A DNA stretch of 64,000 nt, from contig NC_087467.1 of assembly GCF_036321535.1 (NCBI RefSeq), positions 19,034,001-19,098,000 on the forward strand, read 5' to 3'. A program made the position numbers and the translations under genes. The notes under the pieces are model-generated. The model saw nothing but the letters and a program-made list of their open reading frames with translations, was not told the DNA's origin and searched no databases. Below are positions 61,166 through 64,000 of this stretch, one piece after another. The stretch's first letter is position 1; the number at the start of each line of letters is the position of its first letter. Source of the stretch: Camelus dromedarius (Eukaryota).

Positions 61166-62229
61166 GATCCCTGATTGCTTGGGGAACAGAGACAGAAGAA
61201 CATGCAGCAGATATTTTAGGTCCTTGGCCTTTCAGAAATTATCTGTAGTGCTCTGTTAGATTATTCTTGGGGGAACGCTAACCTTGCAATGCGAGGTCTG
61301 AGTATGCTTGACCTAGAAAGACAGCAGGGTGCAAGGTCTGCGTCCAAAGACTGGTCCTGTACAGCAGCTCCTCAGCTGTTAGCGTCACTCTCTCTTCCTT
61401 TCTCCTCCCTTCCCCCTCCTAGTATCAAAACTCTGAGGAAGGAAAGTGAGGAAGGAGAAAGTTGCATTCATTTATATAACAAGCCTCAATGAAGTGAGTG
61501 GGATTTTGGGGAGCCTAATTTTGTTTCTGACTGTGTTCTGTGCTTTAAGCCCGAAAGAGAAGTAGAACCATATTCTTCTATGTGCTATTTACATCTCCTC
61601 AGGGTCTGAGAGACAACAGGATCAACCTTTACACAGCATGCCCAGGTCTGCAAAGCTGGCATGAGGTAAGTCCCAGAGATTTCAGGCCACCCAAGAGAAT
61701 CAGAGAGCTGGAGCCTCATATCTGCACACAGAGTCCTTCCAAAAGATACTTATTGCATGCACTTTCATTAGATTATTTTCCTCTGTCGGTGTCCTACCCA
61801 CCCCTGCTCTCCTTGATTGCTCGGAGATCACTGACGTCACTTCAGCATCCTCATTTGCAGTTTTCTCCGACCATCAATGCCATTCACCAGGCAAACAGTC
61901 ATTGATGCATTTAGAATAGTTAAGTGCTTCTGTATTATTTCTTCACCCACCCAGGCCCTCCATTTCCCCACTCATGTCTGCCATTTTCAGTTTGAAGATC
62001 ATTCCCCTTCACAGTGTTTCCATAAGCAGTTAGAAACAAAATAAGAGGTAGAAGTTTCTGTTTTCTCCTCATTGGCTCCAATCCTCCGGCCTGTCCCTTG
62101 CACTAGATGGTAAAGCCACCTAGAGCCAGGCAGGGGAAGTCATTTCTCATTCCGGGATCCTAACCCTGTACCTGGTGCATCCCGTGCACATGAGAAATGT
62201 TCTACTGAACAGAACCAGGTCTTCTGTCT

Positions 62230-62800
62230 CCCAGTGTGGCAAACATATCCCGGGTGACCCCCCAAGAAACTGCACCCTTGTGGAATTCTACCACCTTAAG
62301 AGTGGGTGGAAACTGACCTGCTTTTAACCAATAGAATAAGGCAAAAATGATGGAGTGTCACTCATGCAATTGTGTTACCTCATATGGCAAAACATAAGGT
62401 ATTTTTCAGATGTAATTAAGGTCCCTAATCAGTTGACTTTCAGTTAACTGAAAGATTACCCAGGATAGGTTTGACCTAATCTATGGAATCCTTTATAAGA
62501 AAGTTTATAAGAAGGTCTTCCCTGAACTCAGAGACTCAAAGCAGCATAAACTCTCTCTCCCTCTCTCTCGCACCCTGAAAAACCAAACCATCATGAGATC
62601 TGCAGCTACAAGGAAGTGGGCTCTGCCAAAAACCATGAGTTTGAAAAAGAACTCCAACCCCAGATGAGCTCACAGCCCAGCCAACACCTTGACTGCAGCT
62701 ATGTGAGACTCTGAGCACAGGACCCAGCTAAGCCATGCCAAGACTCCTAACCCATGGAAACTGTAAGATCATAAATGGGTGTTTGAAGTACACTTTTGTA
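62230..62800 (+). mobile_element. MLT1 (MLT1E/F-like) LTR
   Basis: cagatgtaattaaggtccctaatcagttgacttt...ccccagatgagctcacagcccagccaacaccttgactgcagct...ggaaactgtaagatcataaatggg. Confidence 0.85.
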
Positions 62801-63169
62801 CAATTCTAGAAAAGTAGCACACTGAACATAAATAAAACTGCCCTTCGTGGTAGTTATTGGACTTCTTTGCAAACCTTAACTATTTTTGCTCCAGATTCTA
62901 CCTGACTTAATTTTTTTAAGTTTTGCCTTTGGTTATTTTGCTTCCTTTTTTTCTATTATACATATGATTTTTCAATATGTGCTTGTTGGGGAACTCCTTG
63001 GCAAACCAGGCTGGGTGGATTCTTTAGGACTTATGCCTCTTTCTTTCTTGCTGAGGCCAAAAAACAGTGACACAAACAGAATTTCATCTTTGAAAGATGA
63101 CTCTCTTTCTGCTCCAGAGTTTTGTGGCATAGAATTAAGGAGCTTTGAAACTTTGAAAAACATATCACA

Positions 63170-63430
63170 TAGGATTGTTGTGAAGACAAAGCAAAATATA
63201 GAGCATTAATTTGCCCACTATCACTTCAGTGAGTTCAACATTTTCCGAAGCCCCTGTACATATATAATTAGAGACTTGAAATGACATGATGAGATGGGAA
63301 GATAAAGTATTCTGATGATGTTTCTGGAGAGGCCCGTGATTTACAGATGGAAAAACTAGAGCCCTTATGGGTTGAGGATGTTTCCAAAGGTCACACAGCT
63401 GGTAAGTAACAGAGGTAGATGGACCCAAGA
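63170..63430 (-). mobile_element. MIR
   Basis: gatttacagatggaaaaactagagccc...ccaaaggtcacacagctggtaagtaacagaggtag. Confidence 0.7.
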
Positions 63431-63499
63431 GAGGCACCCCAAATACTGTCTTCTTTACACTCCCTTGTAGGATCTAGCAAGTGTGTCTTATACCATATG

Positions 63500-64000
63500 C
63501 TCAAAGTCCAAGTAAACTCTCTGATCACCTGCCTGGGGTACTTGGTGTTGCAGAATCTGAGACATCAGATGCAGGGATCTCTGTGAGGTATAAACCATTT
63601 CTATCACACTGTATCCCACACAGCCAGCATGAATCTTTTGCTCTCCCTCTACCAATTCATCCTGATCTTCTTGTGATCTTTACTTCAGTTGGTTGCACCA
63701 TCATCCAGCCACTCAAGCCAGAAACTCTGTGGTTACCCGCAAATCTTTCCTCCTCTTAATATTCAAAATCTAGTAACCAGTCCATATGACTCTGGCTTCT
63801 AAATATTTTTCAAAGTTACTGCCTTTTTGGTTTTCTTGTAGTCCATGCCTCAGATGAGGCTCTTAGCAATTCTCATCTAGGGGACTGTCTTAGTCAACTA
63901 AGTGATTTCTCTGTGGACACAATCGCTCCTTCCTAGTTACCTACCACACTACTACCAAAAATGACCTTCAAGAATTAAAATGTATTTATGTCACTGTCCA
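63500..64000 (+). mobile_element. L2 relic
   Basis: ggttgcaccatcatccagccactcaagccagaaactctg...ccatgcctcagatgaggctcttagcaattctcatctag. Confidence 0.65.

Noticed and set aside
1-64000. CRISPR arrays, rRNA, prokaryotic defence or operon systems, non-retroviral endogenous viral elements, NUMTs
   Set aside because: No repeat-spacer arrays, no long ORFs and no recognisable rRNA, viral or mitochondrial sequence; the DNA is typical mammalian intronic/intergenic

Overview
Eukaryotic (mammalian) genomic DNA, AT-rich and dominated by interspersed repeats, with no operon-like, CRISPR or rRNA content. Seven copies of a tRNA-Ala-derived SINE (GGGGAGGGTATAGCTCAGTGGTAGAG...GGTTCAATCCCCAGTACCTCC plus AT-rich tail) resemble the camelid Vic-1 SINE, so a camelid genome (alpaca/llama/camel) is the likely source (inference). 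The window holds young and old L1 fragments, many L2 and MIR relics, MLT1/MLT2/LTR33 LTRs, a MER44 (Tigger7) element, four to five ERV1-type LTRs, a heavily decayed ERVL provirus (LTR16-like LTRs with integrase and dUTPase remnants, about 38.3-42.4 kb) and a 210-N assembly gap. Nearly all ORFs in the supplied track are repeat-derived or chance. By manual splice-site reading I found one phase-consistent five-exon coding model on the minus strand (16800->271). It encodes a 160-aa protein I cannot name, with CUB-domain-like residue spacing and three N-glycosylation sequons; this is the main lead. A small CpG-dense cluster near 61 kb may be regulatory. Repeat family names come from recognition by eye, and boundaries without target-site duplications (TSDs) are approximate.
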